NCBI GenBank assembly: GCA_010909165.1
Contig: MU008170.1
Location: 1,178,001-1,242,000 of the forward strand
Source: Anthoceros angustus
Lineage: Eukaryota; Plantae; Anthocerotophyta
Length of the DNA stretch: 64,000 nt
Reading direction: 5' to 3'
Made by a program: the position numbers and the translations under genes
The notes under the pieces: generated by a model
Databases searched by the model: none
What the model was told of the DNA's origin: nothing
Seen by the model: the letters and a program-made list of their open reading frames with translations, nothing else
Shown: piece after piece, positions 1 through 11,424 of the stretch
Numbering within the stretch: position 1 is the stretch's first letter
Layout: each line of letters starts with the position of its first letter

Positions 1-559
1 GTATTAAATACATTGGTCTTCAAATTTGAGAATGTCAATTTGCACCAAAATAGTGTGCTCGAGCATGCATAAGGTGTACCATTCTCATCAAGGTGGGTTG
101 CATAGTAAGTTTTCCTGCCATAAAACTTGTTATACACACACCGACATATCCACAGAGACAGCTCTGCCACCGATGTCACAGTGTGATACATAAATCTTCA
201 TGTCTATGATACAACAATTTTTGTTCCTTAGGGTTAGGGAATGCATCCCACTCCTCCTCCCCACCTGAATCCCGCCCATAGGGTCAACCGGCTGCACCTC
301 GCCCGGCCGCGAGATTGTAAAGCCTAGAAGCTTGCTCAAGGTCATCATCATGATGGGACCGATGGCGGACACGGCTGCGTAGCACACATGCGACAAAAAA
401 AATCCACTATGGGCTCATGCCCCCATTGAACAAAAATCTTGGAATAGTCTGCGCACTCACCTCATAGTGGGAGTCCTTTACATCCTACACACAAGAGAGG
501 GGCCCGGAGGTACCTGCGAACCAGAAGGGGAAGGTGCAGCTGGCAGTGCCATGGAACTA

Positions 560-1010
560 GAAGCATGCTCAAGGCCATCTGCCTCAAAGGTCAATATATA
601 TGTTGAAGGCCTGCTCAGGTCTGCATTTTCAACACGTTCTTGCGTACAGGTGGGCCAAATCTGCTACTTCGCAATGTCTAAAAGTGGCTATATGAAGCTT
701 GGACGTTCAGCTGCAAGCACTGTGCTTGGTAACCTTGGTTGCACCCTATTCTGTGACATTATTGTGTCTCTTGCAGCTTGAAGCAGTGCAGGCATGTGCA
801 ATTGCGGGCCACTAGCTCTGGAAAAGGGGAAACAATTTTATGCAAAAGGTCAACAACAAGTACTTGAAGCTCATGTATATGTGGCAAGTAGTCACATGTT
901 GGTAAGGAGTCTGAGAAGTGTGGCAGCTTACAAAGGATGCACGAAACGTGTTTGACAAGCTTGGTGAAAAACAAAAGTTTTGGACTATTTCTTCTCTGGA
1001 GGACTTGAGC
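560..1010 (+). pseudogene. Degenerate PLS-class pentatricopeptide repeat (PPR) fragment
   Basis: Reading across frameshifts gives YMLKACSGL (~600), VQACAIAG-LALEKGKQFYA..LEAHVYVASS, KCGSL and DARNVFDKL (~790-970). This matches the plant PLS-PPR pattern LKAC..GALEKGK..H...LE.DVYVGS.LVDMYAKCGSL.DA..VFD. Confidence 0.55.
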
Positions 1011-1560
1011 CATATTGCAGTCCCTTGAATCACACCATCTCTTCATGGCCAAGTTGTGTACCGTTAACGTTCTCGACAGCGGGCGCGAAAAAAGAACGGG
1101 AGTATAGATGAGCGAGGTCTTCACATGGGGGGCCAGACATAACCCTAGCCGACATGTCCATAAAACATCTGCATGTATCCTGCATGTCTAGCAAAAATTC
1201 TAAACGACCAAAAGAAAAAGTGGGTGAAAAGATCCGAACGCCTGTGGCCAAGTTGTGTGATGGAAATTTTTCTGCCACATACGGTCATCCCGAGCTGATG
1301 TAGTTTGGTACAATACCATGGAATTTGGAAGATGCTGGGGCATCGATGCGTACAATATAGAGGAAAATAATGTTAACGTACATAACTAGTACCGTGACGA
1401 GATCGGTAGATAAGTGGGCAATAATTTTGATAAATAGGATAAATATAGGTTATTTGGATAACACTCGGGGGTGTAAATGAAGGGGTCCCAACTAACATAC
1501 AAAAACCAAAAGGTCTAACGTCTAATGTAGATCACATATTAAGAAGCAAGCGGCTATACG

Positions 1561-1618
1561 CAGCCTTTTTGGCCTGAACCAAGCCATGGTTTAGGCTTGG
1601 TTCAGGCCAAAAGGGCTG
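1561..1618. repeat. Near-perfect hairpin (25-bp arms, 8-nt loop)
   Basis: CAGCCTTTTTGGCCTGAACCAAGCC (1561-1585) is the reverse complement of GGCTTGGTTCAGGCCAAAAGGGCTG (1594-1618) with one mismatch. Confidence 0.85.
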
Positions 1619-2169
1619 AAGAAGTGAAAATGTCCATTTTCTATGTTAGATTTTGAAAACGCATCGTAGCAACCCCTCGGTTGTATTATAAATTGTTGAA
1701 TGCTCTCTAATTTCTTATTTTTCTTTTCTTATTTCTAAGCTAATTGTACGCCGAGCCACACAACATCTTTAGCAACCATTTGCTGGATTGAATCGCTCCT
1801 AGCAGACCTCAACCATGTGCCCAATGTAGTGTGCACTTTTGTGATGGATGATGGATGGATCTAAAGATGGATGTTCGGATGTATGGCTATTCGGATGGTT
1901 TAAGTTGAGTTTCTTTTAGGGCGCCGGCATGTTGGCACCCTTTCAAGTAAAAGCCAAGGGCACAGCGCCGATATACCGGCGCCCACAAACCAGTACTCCC
2001 AGGCCTTCTACTAGAAAACACATGAAGATTCTTGATCTCAAAAGCTAGTACCCACTGCTTCATATCACAAATATCATTGCCTAAAATCGTGATTTAGTTA
2101 CTGTGCAATTTTTTGGAAGCGGCTCCACTTCTATCGGAAGAGGCTTTGTATATTTAGCTGCTTCAAATA

Positions 2170-3250
2170 TTATCATGTTTAGAGAGCTTGAAAAATGGCA
2201 GGATGAAAAGATCCAAACTTGTACGAAGGAAATAATTTGTAGGCTGGAACTTGTTCATAATAAAGTTATCACTTTGAGTTCGTCTGCACATGGACTGAGT
2301 GTGCTTGAACTTTTTGCTGGAATTGGAGCTGGATTAGAGACTATTTAAGCTACTAGTTATGAAGTGAAATAATATATTTATTGTGATTTTGATGAAGTTT
2401 GTCAGGCTATTGCAAAAGTAAGGGTGGTAAAGTTGTGTAGAAAGTACCCTACCCAGATGAGATTTGAAGCAATGAAGCAATCTTTTTCTATCTGCCCTCA
2501 AGATATAAGACTTGTTGGGCCAAAACAATTTCAGCTGATCGAAGAGATTGACCCTGTGATAGCTGGATGGGAATACCAAGGGCATTCTATGAACGGGAAT
2601 GGAAGAGGATTGATGGACTATAGGTCATCATTATTTTATGAGGTGATAAGGATCTTGAATTTCATACAAAAACACCAAAAGAAGGAATGTGGATATTTGA
2701 TTGAGAATGTAGATTCTCAAATGGACCGAAGGTTTGAACTGAGATAGGATTTTGAGGAAATCAAGTATTATTTGGGAAAACCTGTCAAGTTGGACGCTGT
2801 ACAATTTGGATCCAGAGCTCATAAATTGCGATGTTTCTAAACTAACATTGTGCCAAAGCACCTGTTGATGAGACATGTAAGGAGATGGGTGAGGGATAGT
2901 GAGCTAGTGCTTGACCAGATCTTAAAATAAGGAAGGATAAGCAGGGAAGTAGTTAGTGATGATATAGACAACCGTGCTACTATGTGAATAAGAAGCGTGA
3001 ACCTAGGAGAGTATTACCAATATTTGTTAGTTTTGAGAGAGCAAATGCATTTAGAGATGATGGGCCTGGTATGGTGTTTGAAACCATGAAGAACCTATGG
3101 GAAGCGCCATCCTCCATGGAGAGAGAGAGAGTTATGAGTTCTGACACAGATGATACATGTGCAAAAGGGATAACTTTAGAACGACAGAACAAAAAGCTCA
3201 GGCAGGCTATGGATTTAAATATGCTCAAGTGGATGATGAAATCCTTCAAG
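2170..3250 (+). pseudogene. C5 cytosine DNA methyltransferase domain (DNMT3-like) within a Ty3/gypsy pol relic
   Basis: Motifs in order: I LSVLELFAGIGAG (2295), IV IAGWEYQGHS (catalytic Cys codon reads TAC), RSSLFYEVIRIL, VI YLIENV, VIII AHKLRCF*TNI, IX/X PSSMERERVM..RQAMDLNML. The frame is kept through in-frame stops from 2295 to ~2970, then shifts once. Confidence 0.85.
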
Positions 3251-3447
3251 ATATATCAGAAGTAGAAGAAAAAGTGGAGAGTTATCCTGAGTAATAGACT
3301 AAAGGGAGAAAAATCACCTAAAATGAACATTGCTAAGGAGCAAGAAACTAGGGGGGAGTCTATCATTTTGAGAGGAGGTGGTGAGTTTTCTCTACCGCTA
3401 GGAAAAGACTAAGATAATTTGAGGATGATAAAGAGTTCGCAAGGGAG

Positions 3448-3880
3448 GTGGAAATGTCCATCTACAATATCAGCTTATCAAACAAAGATATTATAAAAGG
3501 TATGATGCAACCTGATTTTGAGTGGGATGTTTCTGAACAGTTGGATGTAGAAGATAGGGAGGATATTAGAAAAATTTTGAATGAAAGGAGACAAGTTTTC
3601 GCCTTCTCAACTAAGGAATTAGGAAGGCACAAAACTTTCAAGTTTAAATTACGCCTCAAGACTTCAGAGCTAGTCTTTAGGAGACCGTACCAATTGAGCA
3701 AGGCGGAGAATAAGATTGTTGACAAGAAATGTCATGACCTGTTGGAGGCAAGTTTGATTCGAACATCAGAGTCAGACTATGCAACAGTCATGGTGCTTCC
3801 ACCCAAGAAAGATATTCATAGCAACTACACGGAAAAAAAGATGCGTGGTGATTACAGACCATTGAATGATGTCACACTTG
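3448..3880 (+). pseudogene. pol: Ty3/gypsy reverse transcriptase N-terminal part, truncated
   Basis: VFAFSTKELGRH..FKLRL..LVFRRPYQLSKAE..LLEASLIRTSESDYATVMVLPPKKD..KMRGDYRPLNDVT matches gypsy RT domains 1-2. Similarity stops at ~3880. Confidence 0.85.
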
Positions 3881-5734
3881 GGTACAAACATGCTTTAGTG
3901 CCACACATTAGTACCAAATGTCAAAACACATTTGGTCACCTTAAGAGAGAGTGTGAAGGTTAGAATTCAGATCATAGCTTGTAACAATAGGAGAGACTAG
4001 CTCGCATGTCATAGCATAAACACACTCTCCCCACGAGAACAACACGCAAATTCCTCACGCATCACTCTCGGAGTCATAATTGGTTTGCACCTATATTTGC
4101 ATATTAGATTTGTTTGCTTGGTTGTCTATTGAGGAAGTTCTCATATGAATGCAAGTGCTTACCTTGTGCGACATTGGCAAAATTAATTTTGCTTGCTACT
4201 GCAAAGAAGATTGCATGGAACAAGTACCAGGGAGCAAGAGTGAGCAGTTAAAAGAGGTTTATCCTAGTAGTTCTGAAGGAAGAATGCTCCTGTGCTAAAG
4301 CATCTGGTCAATTGTTTGAGTCTAGGTGTGGCCACATACCGGCTACATTTTATGACATGGGGTCAAAGAAGGCGAGGGGACTATGAGGATTGTTGCAGTG
4401 CCTAGTGACCTTGAGCTGCAGTGCCTTGTGAGATTTTTTGTGTTGTGTTTTGAGTGGTTGTAGAGGTGCAAGGATGGCAGGGGATTGCAAATCCACGACT
4501 CACAGCCAAGGGGTGTGCCAACCGTGAAGAGCGTAACAAATCTCGTAACTTCTAGGCTTTTGATTAGAAGATAGTTCCCAGATTGAGGTGTATGAGTGAT
4601 GAGCGTGGAAGCTGAATCGCTGAACAAGATGAGCGTGTGTGGTAAGGGAATGTTGAGGCTAATATTAGGAATGGCCATGGTCACCTAACTTTTGTATAAA
4701 AAAATCTCAGCCCTACGCTTCCCATATGCATGTAAGAAGAAGGGCATACCCACGTCCTGACTTCGTTGCCTGAGACCTCGCCAAGACGTCAAGCTAGTTG
4801 TTCACATCTGTTCCTTGACACGCTTGTTTGCAAGTCCAGTCCGTGGTTTTGTACTGTTGTTTTAAAAAACCCTGCTGTTTTAAAAAATTCTACATAAGAG
4901 TGTACATCACCGAGTACCATCCATGGCTAGAGTCCTCAATATTATCACCAGGAGCTGGTGTCTAGAGTTGTAACATTGTGAGAAAGTCTTATCATGAGGG
5001 CCGACTCAGGTCATTATGATTGTTTAGTCTGTTTTACGCATACGTGTGGTAGATCTACAGAGTATGATGACTGATGTCGTGCATGCTTGCATTTGTGGCG
5101 CGACTTTCGGCAGCCGCGCATAATCCGCTGGTCGCTGTAAGGAGTCCGCTCCCAAGAGAATGATAGGCCCGCTTGCCTCGCTCCAATCGCTTTCACATCA
5201 CGCAATGGACCGCTTCGTACTCAACACACACATTCATCGCTTTACGACTAACTACCCGTGCTCACCGAATGTGCCCGGCGCGTGACTAAACGCGTTTAAG
5301 GACCCGTCACACCGCTATCATTCAAGTTCGTCACTCATTCCTCTAGTCCGCTCCTCTCAAGACTCTTACTACACTCATCGCCCCTTGGAGAAAAACGCTG
5401 GTGGCTGCTGTCCGGACCTCCTCCGTTGCTCGCTGTGCCTCTCCGTCCGGGCTCTACACGCCTCCGGGTTCCTCCGCTCACTGCCCGTCGTCTGACGCCG
5501 GGCCGTTGTTCGACGAGTGGTAAGGTCCCCTGGTTACTCTTCCCCGCACACACACCACCACATTAGGGTCCGTCACCAAGACCTTGACTGGCCTCTCCGA
5601 GGGCTGTCGCCAGTCACCTGTGACTCACGTTAGTGCAAGAAGACACACAAGGTCCGCATGGAAACGCGCATCAACACCAAGAGAAAGATACTTTACTTAG
5701 AGTGCTCGCCCTCTTATACTATCAAGGTCGGCCG

Positions 5735-8700
5735 GGCAACCGGGCGAGGGAATTAGAGCAAAACCGTGATTGGGACCGGCATTGGTTAGGGGCGGGCGCA
5801 GAAGGAGGAGGCAGGGGTTTGGTGATGGAACCTTCTCGAAAAGGAGCACAAGAAGAGTGCACCGCCCGGTGAAGGCGGCGAATCCGGAACCCAATGGTTG
5901 GTCGACGCGAATTGGCAACAAAGACAGCTTAATGGGTCCGCCGATCCGCTTCCTACAAAGACAAGAAGTGTGATTATTTGTCGACCACTTGCCGTTGTTC
6001 CTCCATGAAGTTGTCAAGGGGCTAAAATCGATCGGGACGAATCCTCTTTGAGAAGTTGAGTGAAGAAAGGTTGAACTCCTCCCACCCCCGCCCTCTCTAA
6101 TTTCACCATTCCTAGTTCATCTTTATGCGCATGCTATTGCCCCGCAGAGGTAGAAATTGTGGCCTCCTTCATATGTGGAAGCCGCCGTGAGGTGAAGTGG
6201 AAAGCGAGGAGCCCAAGGAGGAAATTGAGGAGGAACTGACAGGGAGTCCATGGTGCGCCTGAGGAAGAGAAGGAAATTCTACCAAAGAAGAAGAGGAAGA
6301 CCGGGACGGTCCCAAAAGTGAAGGGACGCTGTCACAGTCGGTCGGCCATGAAAAGCAAAGAAAATGAAAGCCAAACGCAATCGAGGTGGCAGGAAGAGAG
6401 GCGCTCCGAGGAAGAAAATTTTGCCGACTGGATGCGATGATGAGCCAACCCGAGGAATTAGGGCGACCTCGTGAGCGGACCCTCCTCAAAGATGGGAAGA
6501 GATTTTCAAGGGACTCCACCGCAACAGAGGTGGATGCAACAATTGGTGAGGGTGCGCACTTTGTTGGGAAGGAAAGGTGCTCGAGGGATGGCCCGCACGG
6601 GCCGCAACAAGTGGAATTGCGTGAGCCGAGACATCGATGATCCGGGCCCAAGCGGATTTGTTGGACCAAGCGGCCTTGGCTCTCACATGGCTCAAGTAAG
6701 GCGGGGGAGGAAGTGGTGAAGGCTGTGTTTTGAAGGAGAAGCCCAAGCAACCGGAGGAAGACAAGCGGCCTTAGAGGAGATAAGGGCAAGATTCAAGAGA
6801 TTTGTGCAGGCCTGTGAGAAGCCGCAAGCCATGACGAGTCCAGGAAGCGCTCATGGCTCAAATTAAGGATGCCCACGAGTCAAACCAGAGATGGTGGAGT
6901 TGTTGCAGCCCAGAGCGAGGCGGCCTGGTGGAAAAGGCCCATAAGCTGAACGGTATAAACGGAGCGGATGAGGCACGTCGAACCGAAAAGAGAAGGGGGT
7001 AGACCACGATCAGTAAGGCACACCGAGGGAAGGACAAGAAGAAGGTAGTCAAACACCTCCGGACCAACGACGGTCGTGGAGTCCACACCGGGTAGCGAAG
7101 TGAATGGCACAACGCGACGCGACCGTGGCGGAGGAAGAGGCGCGATCCGAGGAAGAAAATTTTTGACTGGATGCGATGATGAATCAACCCAGAGGAATTA
7201 GGCTGACCTCGAGCGGACCCTCAAGATGGGAAGAGATTTTCAAGGGACTCCACCGGCAACAGAGGTGGATGCAAAATTGGTGAGGTGCGCACTTTGTTGG
7301 GAAGGAAAGGTGCTCGACAGGGATGGCTGCACGGGCCGCCAACAAGTGGAATTACAGTGAGCCGACGACATCGATGATCCCAAGCGGATTTGTTGGACCA
7401 AGCGGCCTTGGCTCTCACATGGCCTGGGCAAGGGCGGGCGGAGGAAGTGGTGAAGGTTTGAGAGGAGGCCTGGCCAAGCAACCTGGAGGAAGACAAGCGG
7501 CCTTAGAGGAGATAAGAAGCTTCAGGATTTGTGCAGGCCTGTGAGAAGCCGCAGCCATGACGAGTCACAGGAAGCCATGGCTCAAATTAAGGATGCCCAC
7601 GAGTCAAACCAGAGATGGTGGGGGAGTTGCGAGCCCAGAGCGTGAGGCGGCCTCGTGGAGAAGGTCCATAAGCAGCGGAACGGTATAAACGGAGGGATGA
7701 GGCACGCACAACCGAAAAAAGGAAGGGGAAGGGTAGTGACCACGATCGGTAGTGGAAGGTACACCGAGGGAAGGACAGCCAAGGTAGCCGAAACACCTAC
7801 CACGGTGGACCAACGACGGTGGAGACCACTGGTAGCGGCGAATGGGCGGGCGACAGACGCGACGCCCGCGAGGACATGGACCAAACTGTGTGTAGCGGAG
7901 GAGGGGTAAGCACCTCACGCGCAGGGGTCCTATTATATTGCGCACATGGATGAGGAAACTTATGCCGGTCTATATGTGAATGGAGAACGCGGCTTAACCT
8001 CACCGGCCCATGTGCGTGTGGAAATAGGAGGGATCGTCCTACCCATCGCAAGTGAGGACCAAGTGCATACTTCTACCACCGCCCGTGTGGGGTTGGCCCC
8101 TATTATGCGCGGAGGCGACTTTGGAGGAGTTGAGCGAGGAGGAGGTCCAGCTTGGGTGGACGAGGAACCGTGAATAATCCTCAAGAATAGGCGGGAAGAT
8201 GCGGAAGCCCAAGGGCACCTCAAATTAGGACGCCAGCAGGATGGTGAGGTGGAAGTGTGGGAGAACCCGTGACCCGGGCGTGGAGGGCTCGTGGCGGCGG
8301 CAATGGAGGACGAGACGAAGTCGAGGTAGGGCGACAGCGAGGTGGAGGTGGCAACCTAAAGATAATTTGGTTAGGATGCTCGACCTAGGATCGCCCGAAT
8401 TGTGGGCGCCCCCAGCTTTTCTTAGGACCTAAACTGGGGAAACAGGCGGCCGATGTATAAGAGGGGCAAAGCCCTCACGATAACTCCGGTTGAGATCCCC
8501 ACGCCTGTGGCTGGTTGGAGACGTCCGACAGAGGTGGTGTGCGCGCCTAGGGTGGTCGAGAGCTTGCTCACGGGAGGAGGTGATGGAGCAATTTTCGACA
8601 AGGAGGAGGAAACCAAGGGATTGGCGCGGGGTCCGGAGCTTGCGTAACGCCTGGACGCCTGGGTTCTTCTCCTTCACCTTGTCCGTTGTGTTCAAATTGA

Positions 8701-8909
8701 GAGAGTGTGAGTGGATGGTTGGAAGCCCGGGCAATTGAGGGAGAGAGAGAGAGAAGAGATTGGGTGAAGGAGAGATCAAATCAGACGCTGGCGCGAGGTG
8801 TGAGGGGGGAAGAGAAGGAGCTAATTGGAGCTTAGAGAATTGTGTGAATTGAAAAGAAACCAAACCGTGCGTGGAAAGTGCACAAGGAACAGTCGGGAAA
8901 TGTGTGGCG

Positions 8910-8948
<39 letters not shown>

Positions 8949-9331
8949 AGCGAGGTATCCTAGGAACTTTGGTCTAGGAATGTGGTGCATGAAGTGTGAG
9001 TGCACAAATCCGATCCGGAGCGTGACGCCCGTGAGGATCCGCGGGCGCCCGCACGAGATAAGTCTAGGGTTTGGTGGGACCCACCTGGGTCGTAGCAACT
9101 ACCCTGAGTGGGGGTGAGAGATTTGGGGCCGGGAGAGTCGTGGTAAGACAAGGTAGTAGTAGAGTAGTAGGTGTAAGAGGAGTAAAAGTAAGTCTTGACT
9201 TAGGCAAGGTGATAGCGATAGAAGTTAGCGCCTTGGCACAAACCATTCCCTTGGGAGCGAATCCTAAGCCTACAACGACATTGAGGGTGAATGTGGACCT
9301 CACGTGTCCGGACACGAATCCACACTCCACA
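5735..9331 (+). repeat. 5' LTR of family A (5'-truncated, internal ~740-bp tandem duplication ~6385-7870)
   Basis: Colinear with 18200-22711 and 36600-41488. Contains a (GT)n tract at ~8912-8944, ends in CA and is followed by the PBS. Confidence 0.8.
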
Positions 9332-9334
9332 TTT

Positions 9335-9349
9335 TGGCGCTGTCGGGAA
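9335..9349 (+). promoter_or_regulatory. Primer-binding site TGGCGCTGTCGGGAA
   Basis: Lies 3 nt after the LTR end. Resembles the tRNA-Asp-type TGGCGCCGTTGCCGGGG PBS of Athila-lineage elements. Confidence 0.75.
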
Positions 9350-9769
9350 TGGAATCACAAGGACGAGGTAGAACTAACCATAGCTTAAGTAGAGTCTAGA
9401 ATTACTAGAGTGATCGATGGATGCCTCGGGTGGAGACAAGCGATTCTGGATCTGACTGTGGGGAAACGCTTCTGGCAAGACGGCAACGCCAAGCAGCGGA
9501 AAGATTGCAGAGAGTTACGAGGAGAGCACGGGCGGAGATCACACTTGCTGGACGAGGAAGGGGGACAGGGAGTCAACTCGGAACTAGGGATCGGATCTTA
9601 ACGGATTCAGATTCCCAACCCTCGACTACAGAAGCGGTACAAGGGGCCAGGTACCCCGACCCCACCTTGTCTTTTGATCTCGCCCGATTGCCTAGATCCA
9701 GTCTCGTGAATGTAGAGGTCACCAGACGTAGGGCTGGCCAACTACCACAATGCTGAAAGTACCACGTAG

Positions 9770-10900
9770 TTATGGCGATCGTGCTTGTTACTACTAAGCA
9801 ATCTTACCCGCTATGGAGAAAAGAAGGGCCATGAGGATCCCGACGAGTTTGTCGTTGCTTGAGCAGCTGACGCCACAACCGTGAGGATGCGATCGTGCCC
9901 ACTGCTTTATGGAGTCTTACGCGAGCGCGCCAAGTGGTACAAGCGGAGTACATAGCTTCCACACCCCGCCTACTTTGGGGCCTTGAAGAGAGCTTTTGTG
10001 AAAGATCTGAGGGGTCGATGTGGAAGGGTATGTCCAAACTCGAGGGATTGCGAGAGGGAAGAAGAGACCCCGCAGCTTATGTGGAAAGGTTCCACACTAC
10101 GGATCGGTCCGCACTCGAGCTAATGGCCATTCACCGGTTTGCAAGAGGATTGGGCGGAGATGGGAAGACACGCCTCTGTCCGAGAAAAGATTTGGATCGG
10201 GCGATCAAGGCTGCTCTGAACTATGAGGAGTCCAACGCGGAAGAGAAGAAGAACTCGAACAAGGGCGCACGGAAGGACAAAAAGAAATACAAAAAGAAGA
10301 AGAAGTACTATCCTCCGGCGATGCCCTGGAGGAGGATAGTTTTCAACCGACTCGGTAGCTCCACCAAGAGGAGACCAATGAGGATTCGGAGGAGAATTCG
10401 AAGGAGCGCAATCAAGGGATAGAAGGAAGAAGGGAAAAATGACTGGAAACAAGACGACGTAAAAGGGAAGGAGCCGCTATATGCAAAAGGACGGAGTGTG
10501 TGAGAAGAGAGGTGGAAACAAAGAGCCAAAAAGTGGAGCAACAAGGGAACAAGATGGAGGAAATGATGGTCAAACCGAGAAACTCCATCTTAATGCCATC
10601 AAGGACCATGATAGAAGAAGGGTTGCTCCGGAGCGGCAATCTCTCGCTCAACTTGTGGACAAGTAGGCACTCGAGGTCGAATCTGCCCACAAACAAAAGT
10701 GCAACACTGGGCTACGAGGAGGATGAGGAGATGTGCTTGGAAGATACATACCCAAGAGGCACACCGATCTGGTACCAAAACTTTGTACTCAAGTTTACGA
10801 AACCCACTATGGGTATTCGTATCGATGGCAAGGAACCCGCAAATGAGTGCCATTGTTACAATTGCCGAGGGTTCGCATCTTGCTGGATGCCCCTCCGCAT
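9770..10900 (+). pseudogene. gag: gag (retrotransposon gag domain and zinc knuckle), frameshifted
   Basis: HEDPDEFV, YVERF..ELMAIHRFARGL, DLDRAIKAALNYEE, a Lys-rich tract, and CYNCRG (~10855). Confidence 0.7.
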
Positions 10901-11424
10901 CTCGCCAGGGAATGGTGATTTTGAAAGGTGTGGATTGCAAGCAATCGTCACGTGGGCAGCCTCCTCGCCACACCAAAGAAACAGTGAGGATCGCTCAACC
11001 TCCGGCGACCCACCCCGCAAAGAAAGCCTGCCGCAATGCAAGTCAAGATGCGCTCATGGTCAGATGGAGGATTCCGAGGCTGTCGAGGAGCCCGGAAGGG
11101 TTGGGGATGTGGATGGGTATTACGGAACTCGCGATGCTCGGACGCGGAGCGGCGAGAGGAAGGCGGACACCCTAAGAAGGGGAACGGGGAAAAGAGAAGA
11201 AGAACGGGAGCTCCATAACGTCCGCAAGTGAGGAGGAAGAGGCGCTTCATCAAAGCGGGAAGGAAGAGAAGTCCAACCACAAAAGGCGACGAGGGACTTA
11301 TGGGAATCCGCCGAAAAGAAAAGGGCATGCGAATCCAATGGACGGGAGCAAGGCACGAACGCCACTTAACGCGAATTGCGATTTTGGATGGCATCACGGT
11401 GTAACTCCCTTAGCAGAGACCGCT

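Noticed and set aside
1919-1984. Small inverted repeat GGGCGCCGG(C/T)AT as a MITE
   Set aside because: The arms are only 12 bp and the flanks (TTA/ACA) give no TSD.
3952-4690. Possible LTR after purine tract AAGAGAGAG|TGTGAAGG
   Set aside because: There is no partner LTR, TSD or PBS in the window, so the boundaries cannot be supported.
5014-5560. ORFs and faint RT/integrase-like words left of the 5' LTR
   Set aside because: The matches are short, frame-inconsistent and partly seen only in a non-biological (complement-only) reading, so chance cannot be excluded.
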